A DNA stretch of 64,000 nt from Ascidiella aspersa. Lineage: Eukaryota. Every line of letters starts with the position of its first letter. The stretch's first letter is position 1. A model generated the notes under the pieces. It did not search any database, had not been told where the DNA came from, and worked only from the letters and a program-made list of their open reading frames with translations. The DNA lies in NCBI GenBank assembly GCA_963924565.1, contig OZ004607.1:5456001-5520000 (forward strand). Reading direction: 5' to 3'. Shown piece after piece: positions 1 to 12,095 of this stretch. The position numbers were made by a program, and so were the translations under genes.

Positions 1-505
1 TAAAATGTCACGAAAAATTAAAAAATGACACCTCAATATTGCCTGAGCAGATCGTAAAAATAGTCTCACTAATGAGCACTATTATAAAGCTGATGTGTTA
101 TTGTTGAATTTGTTGAGGTTTGCCAAACTTTGAGTAAACTGTTCCAGCCCGAACCGAGTTAAACGAGCATTAAGATTTAAAAAAATAAACACAAACTTGA
201 TCAAAATGATCTGCTAACCAATAAGGAATGAAACACCAATAACGCATTTCCTAAAATAAATGTTAAAAAACTCAAATAATTTGTTGAGTAAAATAATTTG
301 TTGAGTGACAGCGGTGCTTTCCAAAGTGTGTTCAGCAATACGCAAGTTTGCCTGAATAAATTTTTTTTTGAAGTGAGACCCGAACCGTTTTCTATGTATT
401 TTAGGAAAATGAACCGTTCGTGTTTTTTAAGGTACGTAAGTTGAAATGCGAGGCCAGAATGACCAGTAACCTTTGGAAAACTTATCATTTCGGTATTTAC
501 GGATT

Positions 506-681
506 TGGAGGATTGTAGTAAGACGCAATAAGAATGTCGAAGCCAATACAGAAGTAGGTATCATATTGAACATTTCGAAAAACTCTTTATTCATTTTCAA
601 CATAGTCTGACTATGAATGAAGAGTTAATCGAAATCAAAATGATACCTACAACTGTATAGGCTTTGGTATTCTTATAACGT
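506..681. mobile_element. Fold-back repeat family A copy (diverged)
   Basis: Same arm sequence as 18858-19061 in both orientations. Confidence 0.75.
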
Positions 682-2089
682 ATTTACATATTGGTTTGTC
701 AGCTGCGGTTTGTAACAGGCGTATGTCAAACTTTGGTGATACTGTTTTTGTGAACACATATGTGCCTGTCCCTCTTTAATTCAGGTACTTTATATTTCAG
801 GTTTTATTTGATAACATACCGTAAGCAAAGCAGTTTGAGTCAGAAATAACACTGACGCTCATTTGGTTTCACATTCTGTATAAAGACTCATCCTAGTTCA
901 AATTCCCACAATGTATACACGACACACGTATAAGTGTTGATATCCGACTAAACTTAAATAATTTTTGGCCTTTTTTTTTCTTCTTCTGTTTTTTTTTCTG
1001 TTATTTTCTAGTATACAAACGTATATGTTTATCAGGAGTCGCCCTGCGGTTTCATTTAGCCGAGGCGATCAATGGCGTACCGGGCAAGTTTTTCAACGAA
1101 ATTGTGCGCCATAAATCCGATTCGTGTAATTGAGTTTTCATCGATCGCCGACCTTGGATTTGACGGAGCAGCGATTTGCGGCATATCGTGTCGTGCGTGT
1201 ATTTAGCCGCGCACACTACCCGCGTTTTGGAAAGGTAAATTTGAGAAGGCGGGATTATTAATAGTTTTGACAAATTTGTGTTTGACAAACGCGTTTTGCT
1301 GAAAAAAATAAAATGGTTTTATGTGATGGAAAGAAAAACATCCTATAATACAATCAAACAGTTTATACCACAATCAAGAAAATTGAAAAAACAGGAAATT
1401 TTTTTAGGGTTAAAAATATTCTGTTATTACCTCCAAAACGCGGGGCAAATTTTTCGTTTGAAATGCAGCAATTTTGTTCAAACGGATAACTGTCGTCTGC
1501 GAAAGTCCCTTAAGGTAAATCCGCGTGGATGGAAATTATTTTATTTCACCTGAAAAAATAGGAGACGTAACTCGTCGCCAACGCAGCCTATTCCGACTCG
1601 CCAAGCCCTTATTTTGACTTGGCCGTTACGCTCGGCCAAAGTTTTCCGGGGTTCTTCGGGCGTTTCGTTTATTCGACTTACCCGCGCCTTTCTTTCGACC
1701 CACAAAGCATTTTATTTCGCCTTCTTGTGTGTATTTGAAAAGGTGCGGCAGCCCTACGAAACGCCGTGTTCGCCTAAAGTGTTTTGTTTTTCGCAGAGCT
1801 AGGAAAATACGTTGCCAGGGCGAGTGGAAGTTAGTTTGTTTATCGTTTTCCTTAGCAACGTTTATTTTATTGCAGTGTTGTTATTAAACAATTAGGCTCT
1901 GATAAGTAACAAAAATATTTTAGATTTTATAAGTTTAAATTCCAACTATATGTATAAATGTAACGAAGGTATCTACTATGGTTTTAGCAAGATTTCGATC
2001 TACCACTGATTAAGTTGCGTCAAACAAATAGAAAAAAGTGTTCCTGTCCCTCGCCCGGTGATATTCAGTTATTGCCGCCGTGTTATTTC

Positions 2090-2336
2090 TAATGCTCAGG
2101 GGTGCCACGAGATATTTTAAAATCTTTAGGAATTTTTCTGGCTAATATTGCGAAGCCTTTTCCCTTTTGTGTACTCCTACATACATGAGTTTATTTCTAT
2201 TGTTCCAGTTTCGTTTATTTATAGTAAACCACTTGACATTATTGTGAGTTACACAACGAAAATTCTAGTAGGGGTTCCGAAATCTATTTATGTTTTCTTT
2301 GGGGTGCCACAAGCCATGAAAGGTCGCGAACTACTG
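2090..2336. mobile_element. Diverged family-B-related MITE remnant
   Basis: GGGTGCCACGAGATATTTTAAAATCTTTAGG...GGGTGCCACAAGCC...GGTCGCGAACTACTG. Confidence 0.6.
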
Positions 2337-2399
2337 GTTTACTGAATGAATATACTGTTGCTGCCAGGCATTGTGTCAACAGTAAAATAGTACTCCCGG

Positions 2400-2512
2400 C
2401 CAATTTTTTTCGACCACTTATTCGGGCAATTGCAACTATAGGCGAAGTAATATATATATATATAATATTGGCCTTAAAAAGATTGTCCGAATAGGCGGTC
2501 GAAAAGTTGGTC
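2400..2512. mobile_element. Family F fold-back copy (short, diverged)
   Basis: TTCGACCACTTATTCGGGCAAT ... ATTGTCCGAATAGGCGGTCGAA flanking a (TA)n spacer. Confidence 0.7.
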
Positions 2513-4219
2513 ATTTATTTATGTTTAATGTTGTAAATCCGAATCGGCCTATTACTTCACTACAAAAGGATCGCTTTTGTCGGTTGCAGGCAGTTTATGT
2601 AAGCTAGAAGAATTTTTGCCGCCAGATGCGAGCACATATATGACGCCTTACGCCGCTGCTACGATCTTGACTTGCGGTGGAGGCCGTTGACTGCTTGTTT
2701 GTAGCTACTTTCCAAACTGTTAGGTCGGCTGTCAGCTCTTTGTGTGTGTCGGCAGCAGCGGAGGCGGTCTCGCCTTGTTCTCTGTATATTTTCCTTGCCC
2801 GTTCTAATCCGCACAGGAGAAGCGCCAGGCCGATCGCAGCCTTGCGAAAGTCGCTTATCTCTGATTGGTGGACGCGAGATGCGGGCGATTCTGTCGTCAC
2901 GACGCCGTGACGTGTCAAAGTGCCCACCTCGCCCATCTTGATTCCTCCTGCCAGCCCAACGCCGCACGTTTGTTGCCGTTGCAAAAGTAAAAACGTGTCA
3001 ATCAATAAGTTAATTAGATGATCGCAATGCCGACGTCGCCCTTCAGGTGAGATATGCGGAAAATTTAAAGTCGCATTTTTACGCACCGTCAGACCGGTAG
3101 ACCCCTTGATGGAAATAACAAAATATAGACGAATTTGTGCTGGCGCCCTCTTGCGCGACCAGTTTGGAAACTGTTTTTTGGCGGTATCACACGGCTTTGA
3201 CGAAGATACGGTTCTCTGCTTCAATTTAGATTTACGTGATGTAAAAAAGGATAAAAACTGTGCTTTATATTTCTTTGTGCAGGCGATCGAAAGTGATGTG
3301 TTTGAAAGAGCTTTATATTAGACAAAAAACGGTCCATTCTGCTTTGAAGGCGCGATTCCTCGTTTAATGAGGATACTGTGATTTATGGATACACCAACTG
3401 CGTTGTTTTCAAATTAGGTAATCGCATAGCGTTGTTTTAACGAGAGAGTCATTTTCTTTATACAGAGAAAAATTGCTGTTTGTACATAAGGTATTCGGCA
3501 ACGTTTCTGTCTCCAAATTGCGATCGATTACGCTGATTGCTGGCAGCAAAATTGCCGGAGAGCTCACAAAAGCAATCTCAGTTTCCGCGTTTTACCTCAG
3601 TCGCATATTTCGCGCGAATTTCGTCGAACACGAGACGAAAGACAAAAAGCGCTACGCCGTAAAAAATGGCCGACGCCGAACTTTAATTCTCTTTGCGTGT
3701 TATTTTACCTCTATTTGTCTACACTCGGGCGCTTCGCGGACCACCCGGCCCCGTATAAATAATCGCGGCGCCCGCTTCGAGCATCAAAAAAAACGTACAC
3801 AAGTACGAAAAGACCTTGCAAAATTTGCGCGCCGCCTTGTAATCCAAAAGAGACAGGGGCAAACATATTAGCGATAATTTTACAGCCATTTTGCCAGGAC
3901 CCGGGCGTTTATTTTGGATCAGGTGCCATCAAAGCGCGCGTCGGCGCCGCAATTTGTTGCCACTCCGCCACGCCGGATCGCCCGCCTGTCAGGGCTTTAT
4001 GGTCAGTCCTGTTGCGTCAACGCGAACCTTCAGAGGCCACACAGCGAGTCCCCACGACGCTATCGCTGCATCTCGGCCTCTCTCCTGACCTGTTTACGCG
4101 TGCGGCGAACGTTGCGCGTCCTTCGAGAAAAATACTGACGATTTTTTGCCTCTGCAGCCTCTCTTGCCGCAGGACTAAAGAATAGCCGCTGTGTGCCTTG
4201 CTCGCAAGTTACTTTATAT

Positions 4220-4830
4220 CGGGTGAAGCCAACTTATGTTTGATTGCGATCGGCTGAAATTTTGAGACCCCGGTCGGTAAAAAAGTCACAAAAACACTTG
4301 TTGATCATTTTAAGCGTTAATTGCATTTCCCGGCGATGGAGGTTAACTTATTACGTCAGTGCTTCTCAACCTATGGGTCGCGACTTAAAATTGGGTCGCT
4401 GTTTGATTTGGTTGGGTCGCCGACCGCAGTAGTTACATGTTTATGCTAATTGAGATTGGTTCTGAGAAAGATTTCTCAATTTAGAAAATTAAGGAAGCAA
4501 TACAAATAATGTCTAATTATTAAAATTCGAAATTCTTTATGCTAATGCCTATTTTTTGTTCGCTTACAATGAATTGTTTTTTATTTCCCTTACAAGAAAA
4601 ACAATTGGGTCGCCAAGCTTATCGTCATAATTGCGCTTAATATTTGGGCCGCCGCGAAAAAAGGTTGAGAAGCACTGTGTTACGTCAAAGAGCGCTTTTT
4701 CAGGCTTGTCCAGGCAACAATTGGTCATTTTAACGTTCCGCTTGTGTGCGACAGCTACTGTAATGACGTAACACACATTCGACGCGATCGACCAGGTGAA
4801 GTGTGGCGATCGACGTGTTGGCTACCCCTA
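4220..4830. mobile_element. hAT MITE family E copy (reverse orientation) interrupted by a family D insertion
   Basis: 4220-4356 and 4678-4830 join into the reverse complement of 52872-53161. Confidence 0.88.
4357..4677. mobile_element. hAT MITE family D nested in family E
   Basis: Perfect 16-bp TIR CAGTGCTTCTCAACCT / AGGTTGAGAAGCACTG; TSD TATTACGT / TGTTACGT; GGGTCGC subterminal repeats. Confidence 0.92.
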
Positions 4831-5672
4831 ATTTTTTTGAAAAGAGTTAACGGTACGGCATTGTCTGGGCGGCAAGAAACGCAATTAGACCGCGATGTAA
4901 ACCCATACATTGGTTTTAGTCCGGGACCTAATGCTCAAGTCATCGGTCGATTTCTGCTAAAATTGGCGATGTACCTAATGCTCAATTGTGCATTTTAAAA
5001 TATTATAATTCCAATTAAAAACGTCTCAAAAAAACAATATTTCGTCAAAACATTTCCACGCCTCGAAGTTGTCGCATGCGCGTCTCAAATGTGTACATGC
5101 GGATATCCGAATGCACGTTGCACCGAGCGGGAATCGAATTCGAGACCCTAGAATCGCTACCCTGGCAAACTGTTGAACGTTAAACCACATAATTAATCGG
5201 TCCGGCCCGCCGAAAAATGTCGCTTTCGTTTTGGGAGTTAAAATCCATTTGCAACGCGCAGGTTAGCGCCCAACAGTTGATTGTTTTTACCTGAGTTCGC
5301 CTGACATTTAAAGCTTTCGCGAGCGCGTAGCTCACTGGGCATCAAAGCGCTGACAGCGGCTAAGTGCAAAAGACATTGTTGTTGTTACTACTCATGCGTT
5401 GTAGAAAGCGGTGGTTCAGCTGTCCTACGAAACCCAGTCGTGCTTGGCCCCATTTTGCTGTCGTATGTCCCACTCGCGACCCCGCTTGTTCTCGCTACGT
5501 CACGCGGTGTGTTGTTTGCAAACAGCGCGCTTGGGAAATGCCTCGCGTCGCCGTCCATTATCGCAAGCTCGCGCGCACTTGCGGCTAAGTTTAGGGGAAG
5601 TGCGCCGCGTATAGGGAAAGGCAAGGGACACAGCCCTGGGCGCGAGTATTCCGTCCCCAAATCGCGATCACT

Positions 5673-5689
5673 TGACCTTCAAGTGACCC
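5673..5689 (-). promoter_or_regulatory. Consensus DR5 nuclear-receptor element (RARE-like)
   Basis: Minus strand GGGTCA-CTTGA-AGGTCA; motif match only. Confidence 0.4.
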
Positions 5690-7002
5690 TGCCGCGGTGC
5701 CTCCACGTGTTTGTCTAGCGACCGTCGTCAAGTGGCGGGAAAGTTGTTCTTTGCCACCCACCGCCTCCTCCCCATCAGAATCCTACGCCGGCGAATGAAG
5801 TTAGTTTTGCTCGGCTGCCACGTCGAGTGCGATGCCCAGTCAAACTTGCCCGTCACCGTGTACACAGCGATCAAATTGAATGACGTCCAACGCAAAATAA
5901 AGCGAGACGCCTAAGTTGCCTTGTGTACAGTACAGGTGCTGGTAGTGGTGGCAGCGGTGGCCTGTGACTGTTTTTCTGACTCAGCGCCGCGTTTTCAAGT
6001 AAAGAGTCTGTCACGCCTTGCCGGGATTTCCACAAAATGCCCGCTCGATGATTTGATGTTGAAAAAATTGATATTCGCCCATTGTGCTTTCGTGTAAATA
6101 CACTATTGATCATTTCGTTTACACGCGTTAATGAGAGGAGCGCGAATTTGATGTGTGCCTTATGGGAATGACTAGTCGATTTGCCATGCCCACCCCGTTG
6201 ATGACAAGTGGGATCTTTATATGTGTGCGTTTCCCGGAATGCGCTGGGAAACAAAGTGGATTAGTAAATACATATCGTGTTCACAAAGGCACTTTTTGTG
6301 CGAATATATCACTTCAAATTTGTCTTTCTGTCGAAGGTTGGACAAGTAAATAACGTCTAAAGAGATGACTCACCCAAAACGTAATTGTATATCTTACGCG
6401 GAAAAACGAATAAACTGCATTCACGTTTAACAATTCAACTTTCACTGATACTTGCCCTCGACAGATACAAGCCGTAATTGGAGCCAGCGGTCAACCAAAG
6501 TGAAGCAATTACTCTTTGTAGGCGCCTGGGAGACCAAACAGACCGACGGTAAACAACCACTTCGATTGTGTGTCCGATTCTAGGCTCACTGGAACGTCAA
6601 GAGCCACTTCCACATCGGGCCAAGCTTGCTTGGGCAGCGAAAACCTGGATAAGGCTCTTCCTAACAGGGAAATGACATTGCTGCCTCGGCCGATTGCTGG
6701 ATAACGTGGCTGTGGGTGCCGACGTCGAGTGCCTGAGTGCCATAGAAATGCTAAGTAGCTTCGGCACCCTCTTAACACCTTCTAGTGCTCCATTGACCTG
6801 CGCGTGATCTCGCGTCCAGTTGACTTGCTTTTGAGGGTCGACGGTCGAACGGACTAGGCCCTTGTGCTGTGCGGCTCTGGCCCTGGCCCATATATCGGAC
6901 TTAACTTGTTGTGTTTCGCGTGCTGGACAGTTTTGTCCGATTTATGGCGCTTTTGCCATGACTCTCGGAATCTATTTCAATGAATATGCCGTCCCAGGCC
7001 TT

Positions 7003-7383
7003 GTTGCAATTGTAAAATTGTTCTTCCGGCAAATTTTTTTATCGAAATTGATGTATAATGACTTTAGTATTAATATTGAAATAGATTCAATTTTAAAACT
7101 GTTCTTTCACCAAGATTTTATCAAAGTACCAACGTTTCGACCACCTATTCGGGTAATCTTCTGCGGGGCAACATAATTGCTACTATAGGCGAAATATATA
7201 TATATACTAGACAAACAATAAGGGAAAAACAACAACTTCGCCTTTAGTTGCAATTATATTTCCCTGAATAAGATTGCCCGAATAGGTGGTAGAAACGTTG
7301 ATACTTTAATAAAATTTTTTAAAAGAACAGTTTTACAATTGAATCGATTTCAATATTAATACTAAAGCCAATATATTCGATAA
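7003..7383. mobile_element. Fold-back repeat family F (arms ~7040-7193 and ~7237-7383)
   Basis: AAAGTACCAACGTTTCGACCACCTATTCGGGTAATCTT and its reverse complement; related copies at 2400-2512 and 18641-18810. Confidence 0.8.
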
Positions 7384-7409
7384 CATCGTCTTGCCAAAAA
7401 AAGTTTGAG

Positions 7410-7792
7410 GATTTTATCGAATATAATGGTTTTAGTGTTTTTATTGAAATTACTATAAAACCTTGTATTGCGTTGCAAGAAAGTTAATTTTCCGTAGACC
7501 ATCTTTATTCCTTGGATGCAATACACGAGTTTATTAGTGATTTTGATAAAAATATTAAGCCATTATATTTGATGAAATCGACGTTTCGTTGTTCACAAAC
7601 GGTTTAGCAATAAGTCATGCCATCATCAGTGTAAAAAAATAAAAGTGAAGATAAAATGTTACCGTTTTTATCTTCGCTTGTGTTTTCACACTGAATATGG
7701 CATGAGGTATTCCCATAATGTTTGTAAACAACGAAGTGTCGATTTTATCGAATATAATGGCTGTAATATTTTTATTGAAATCATATTAACTC
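7410..7792. repeat. Chained palindromic repeat (A-A'-B-B'-A), family G
   Basis: GATTTTATCGAATATAATGG at ~7411 and 7741 with an inverted copy at ~7560-7579; inner inverted pair ~7580-7656 / ~7666-7740. Confidence 0.75.
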
Positions 7793-8020
7793 CCATCCAA
7801 AAATTGCACAGAAGTCAGCTAAAGCTCCTAAACCGGGAGCCGAACGTTTGTAATAAACGATTGCCAGAACACAAACAGAACATCCACCTTCGGGTTGGAA
7901 ACGTTTACGGCCCCATAAGATAAATCTTAGCTGTATTTTTTTCTCTTGGTTTAGCGCGTTACGTACATACGCCTTTCATAGAGAGCTCTAAACCCCGTTG
8001 CGATACTGTATAGAATAGAC

Positions 8021-8336
8021 CAGTGGTTCTCAACCCGGGATGCCGCGGCACTCAGGGTGCCATTTTTACTGTTTAAGGGTGGAGAGAGATATTTCGAATT
8101 CTTTTGGATTCTAAACTTTGCTCTATTAGTAAGCTTCTTGATACAATTTTTTTATATACGATAAAAGTGCAAAAAATTGAAAAGGTTTTATCAACCTTGT
8201 TGCACATCTGCTGTTTCAATCTCGTTTATTGTAACGTTACAGTTAACCACTCAGCAAAAATACGAGCAAGGGTGCCGCTTGGTATTTATAATTTCTGTAT
8301 AGGGTGCCGCAAGCCAAAAAAGGTTGCGAAACACTG
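8021..8336. mobile_element. hAT (Buster/Charlie-like) MITE family B, full length
   Basis: TIRs CAGTGGTTCTCAACC / GGTTGCGAAACACTG; perfect 8-bp TSD GAATAGAC (8013-8020, 8337-8344); subterminal GGGTGCC repeats. Confidence 0.92.
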
Positions 8337-8703
8337 GAATAGACGGTCTCGTATGGTTTTGAAGTGGCCACGTATGCGAGTGGTGGTGTATGTAATCTCA
8401 AACACACGCGTCACAACGATGAACAGATGCGATTTGAACGCGGCCAATCGGCTGGATTATGCACTTGAGCAACGCGAGACGAATCGCTTATTGCGGGTTG
8501 GAAAGTGAAAAGCGGCCTTGGGGTATTATCGCCGTTCTGTCGACTTGAAGCATCTTGTCCTTGCTTCTTAGCGCTGAGGCTGGCAGATGCCGACCTTGCC
8601 TAAGTCGCCTGAGAACAAATTGTGAGTTCGTTTGTCGAAGGGCGTAAGCAGCCCGATTTGGGCTCACAATCGATCAGCAATAAACGATTAACATTTGTCA
8701 AAT

Positions 8704-8910
8704 ACGCAGTAAGAATATCAAAGCCCATACAGAACCATGAGGCATCATTTTGAACGTTTCGAATAACTTTTTATTTATTTTTATTTTTTTTTAAGAGGTA
8801 ATTTTTTATGTTATAAAATAAGTAAAGAGATATTCGAAACGTTTAAAATGATACTTCTGTTTAGGCGTGGAAATTGCTACTACGTCTTACTATAACCTTT
8901 AACAATTATG
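8704..8910. mobile_element. Fold-back repeat family A copy
   Basis: AAGAATATCAAAGCCCATACAGAA...GAACGTTTCGAATAAC plus an inverted arm ending TACGTCTTACTATAACC. Confidence 0.75.
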
Positions 8911-9211
8911 TTTTTTCACATTAACAAGTTATATTTTTTCGTGTCACCAAAATAAAAATTTTTTTTAGTCATAAAAATGTTGGAAAATGGTACGTAAAAA
9001 ATTGCTAAACAAAAATTATTCTGCTTAAAATTAATCAACATGTGCTTCCTCAAACAAATAAAATAAATGAAAAACAGCCCACTTTTTAATTTTTTTGCTG
9101 ATTAGTTTGAATCAATTTGATCTTTTTTTTGACGAACAAAGCCTTTTCACCAGTAATGCTTTTCAAAAAGAAATGCAAAGCAAAAAGGTCGAGTAGATCG
9201 ACGTCATCTCG

Positions 9212-9253
9212 ATTAAAACGTTTCGATACGAACTTGTATCATCTTCAGTTAAT
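9212..9253 (-). ncRNA. Minimal type-I hammerhead-ribozyme-like motif (solo copy)
   Basis: Minus strand AUUAA-CUGAAGA-U-GAUAC(AAGUUC)GUAUC-GAAA-CG-UU^UUAAU: 5-bp stem I, CUGANGA core, 5-bp stem II, GAAA, palindromic ACGU in place of stem III. Confidence 0.6.
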
Positions 9254-11765
9254 GTAACTGACATCTAAAACAAAGCATCACTTGTACGGACATTGCGGAA
9301 GTAGTTTAAATTATAGGCATCCTTGAAATGCTAATGTTGCGCCCGAAGGATTTTTTAAATACCAATATCCAGAAGCCTTCATTTCTTTTCGTTTCGTACA
9401 ACTTATCATCGCAAAAAGGGCCGCGTTTCGAAAGTGAAAATATGCAAATCAGTCCGCTGGCGAAAGGGTTTCCTGGAATAACGCACGATAAAAAAGTTTT
9501 CTCGCGCAATCGACTTTAAGAACAAATGAAATCGACATGTTCGAAGGAATTTTTTACATGTTTTTTAGAACAAATTTGCTTTCGTTCGTCTTATTTTCAA
9601 GTTTTTACCGCGACCATCGAATTCAATTTTTACCGTCACCACTTCCCAAGAACTTTGACTGGTATAGAAATCTAGATGTTTGCTTTGCAATCGAGAGTAA
9701 GATCTTGCGAAGTAAAAAGAGGCAGCCTCATGTTTTGTCACTAGCATTAATTTGTTTGCTCGCCTCACTTGCAATGAAATGGACCGAGCGATCGAACGTC
9801 GGTGTTTCCGCAGGCCCGGCTTATCGGGCCCTAATTTGATACGATTACGGGCCGTTTGCGGTCGAATCCACCGCCAGTGGGTCTGCAATCAACCACAGCA
9901 GTCCTGGAACACAGGCGCCGTGCGAAGCCATAACTGGCGTCGTGCAATTCGCATTGCTTCATACCTGGGCTACTGTCAGACTTTTTGCCTGGCGTGGGAC
10001 TCTGATTTTTGTGGCGGGATTCCAGACACTAAAAGCGACTCGCCCGACTGGTTTAAAGGTCAATTTTGGTTCGTTTTTGGAACGACGTTGACAAGATTGG
10101 CTACTCGCGTTTTTCTTATTAAAATAGAACAATCACTTTTCCTAAAATAGTTTTCATATGATTAATCTGATTTTGTGAGAAAAAAGTAAAAATAATTAAT
10201 TCAAAAGCAGAATAGGCTCTGCGAATGCTTATTTGAATTTTTTTTTTAATTCAGAAACCTTCCTAGTTTAATGTGAAATCATCACGTCAAAAAGACCGAG
10301 CTATGTGAACTGTTCATGCCAAAGAGAAAATTGTTTTTTTCGTTTTATTCTTCAACACTAACGTCTTAAATGAGAAGCATTTGTCCATTAAAGCGGAGAT
10401 TTCGATTTTAAATTTTTGGCCGAAGCTATGTTTTTGCTCTATCTTTAATGATTAACCCAAAGATATGGCGGCGTTGCACATACGCATTCAAAACCGTGTC
10501 ATGGGGTTTTACTACGGGCCCAAAAAACCGGGCATGACTAATAGGTGTACAATATAAATATAGATAAATCAGTTCGGCCAAAAGTCCCGTCTTACATTTG
10601 GGAAGATTAAACCAATTTTTTTGCCTATTTGAGGCAATGTCAACATACAAAACTTAAAGCTCAGTTCCGGTCACTACGATTAAGTTATTGCAAATACAAC
10701 AAGTCTTCTTTGTAATCACATATAGTCGCTGTTGATATGCTATATAGCTCGATAAATTGTATCTTTTATAACGTTTTAAGTTTTTAGAACAATCGCTAAT
10801 TTTGCTTTATGCTCTACAACAACCTTTCTATTTGTTGCATATGTGTTCCACGTATATACTCAAAAGTGCAAATGCTAATCGCAGTCGACCAGTTAACTAT
10901 CCCTGGCGTTTACATTTTGTTTTTAGATTTTTCCAACGTGTTTGCTTGGTGAGGGTCTGTACTATAGAGTTAAATAATAATAGGCTTCGTGTTTTCTGCG
11001 ACATATGAATTAAAACACTGTTTCCCAAGAGCAGCAAAATGTTTTTTATTGAAAGTTTAATAAATCAGTTTTAATTTAAATCACTGATTTTATTTAACAT
11101 CGGTATAAAACTGGTTTTAGCAGATTCTCACTGGGCGAAAAACTAAACTTTGGTAAAACAACGTTAAATTGTTGGAACACAATATACATTGGTTGTGCTT
11201 AAATAATAGTTTCTAAAAATTTTGGATCCGAAACGTTACGCAAAGTCAAGGAAGGCTTATTCAATCTCTTAATTTTTTAAATGTATTTATTCTCTTCTTT
11301 TAAGGTGATCGTTGAACGTAGCGTTCGTTCACAATAAGGAATATAAACTTTAACCAGCCCGGCACCAGCAATCTGCAAAAATCCTCGCCCTTGGTAGGTT
11401 CAGGCACCCACGTTAAGAGCAGAAAGGGACCTCTTTCGACACATCACTATACGGGCCGAACATTTTATCTTGTTTTATCTTGCCCGAAGCTTTATAGAAA
11501 ACGTATACATCGTAGAAAAGTCAGACATGACGTATAGAGTGGTATGTATTAGTGCGCTTAAGAGGTTTAGGAATCTGCCCCCCCTTCAGCCTTTTTAATT
11601 GGGGAACAAAAAACCTAAAAAAGTGTGACGTCACTATTTTAGTTCTTTATCGCTATCTACTCCTATATAGTCACGGCCAGTTGTAATTACGAAGGCGAAT
11701 ACACCGCACTGTATCTGCAGACTGCAAGGTGCATTTGTATTTTGTTTAGAGCATAGTGGCTAGAG

Positions 11766-12095
11766 CAGGGGTACTTGAACTGGGGTCCATTGACCCCTTG
11801 GGGGTCTAATTTTAGGGTGTCCAATAAAGCCAAATGGAAACATTAGTGTATATTTAAGAAGTAAGCAAATTTTGAAAAGAGTTTAGTTAAAAATAAAACG
11901 TTTTAGCACCGAATGTATTAAGACCTAAATCATCAGCGCTTTTTTTGAAGGCTATTTATATTGTAACATAGATTTATTGAAAAATCAGCATATATGTGAA
12001 GTCTATTTGATTGTGACGTCGATTTATGACGTCATTTTGGAAATTTCCTTGCGTACCGTGGTCTATGCGAAGCAAAAAAAACTTTAAAAAAAGTC
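11766..12095. mobile_element. hAT MITE family C copy, opposite orientation, far end decayed
   Basis: CAGGGGTACTTGAACTGGGGTCCATTGACCCCTTGGGGGTC is the reverse complement of the family C right end. Confidence 0.75.

Noticed and set aside
2604-3224. 206-aa minus-strand ORF (likewise 42919-43551, 40882-41400 and most ORF-track entries)
   Set aside because: No recognisable domain, non-ATG or weak starts, overlap with repeats or Meis introns; expected by chance in GC-rich non-coding DNA.
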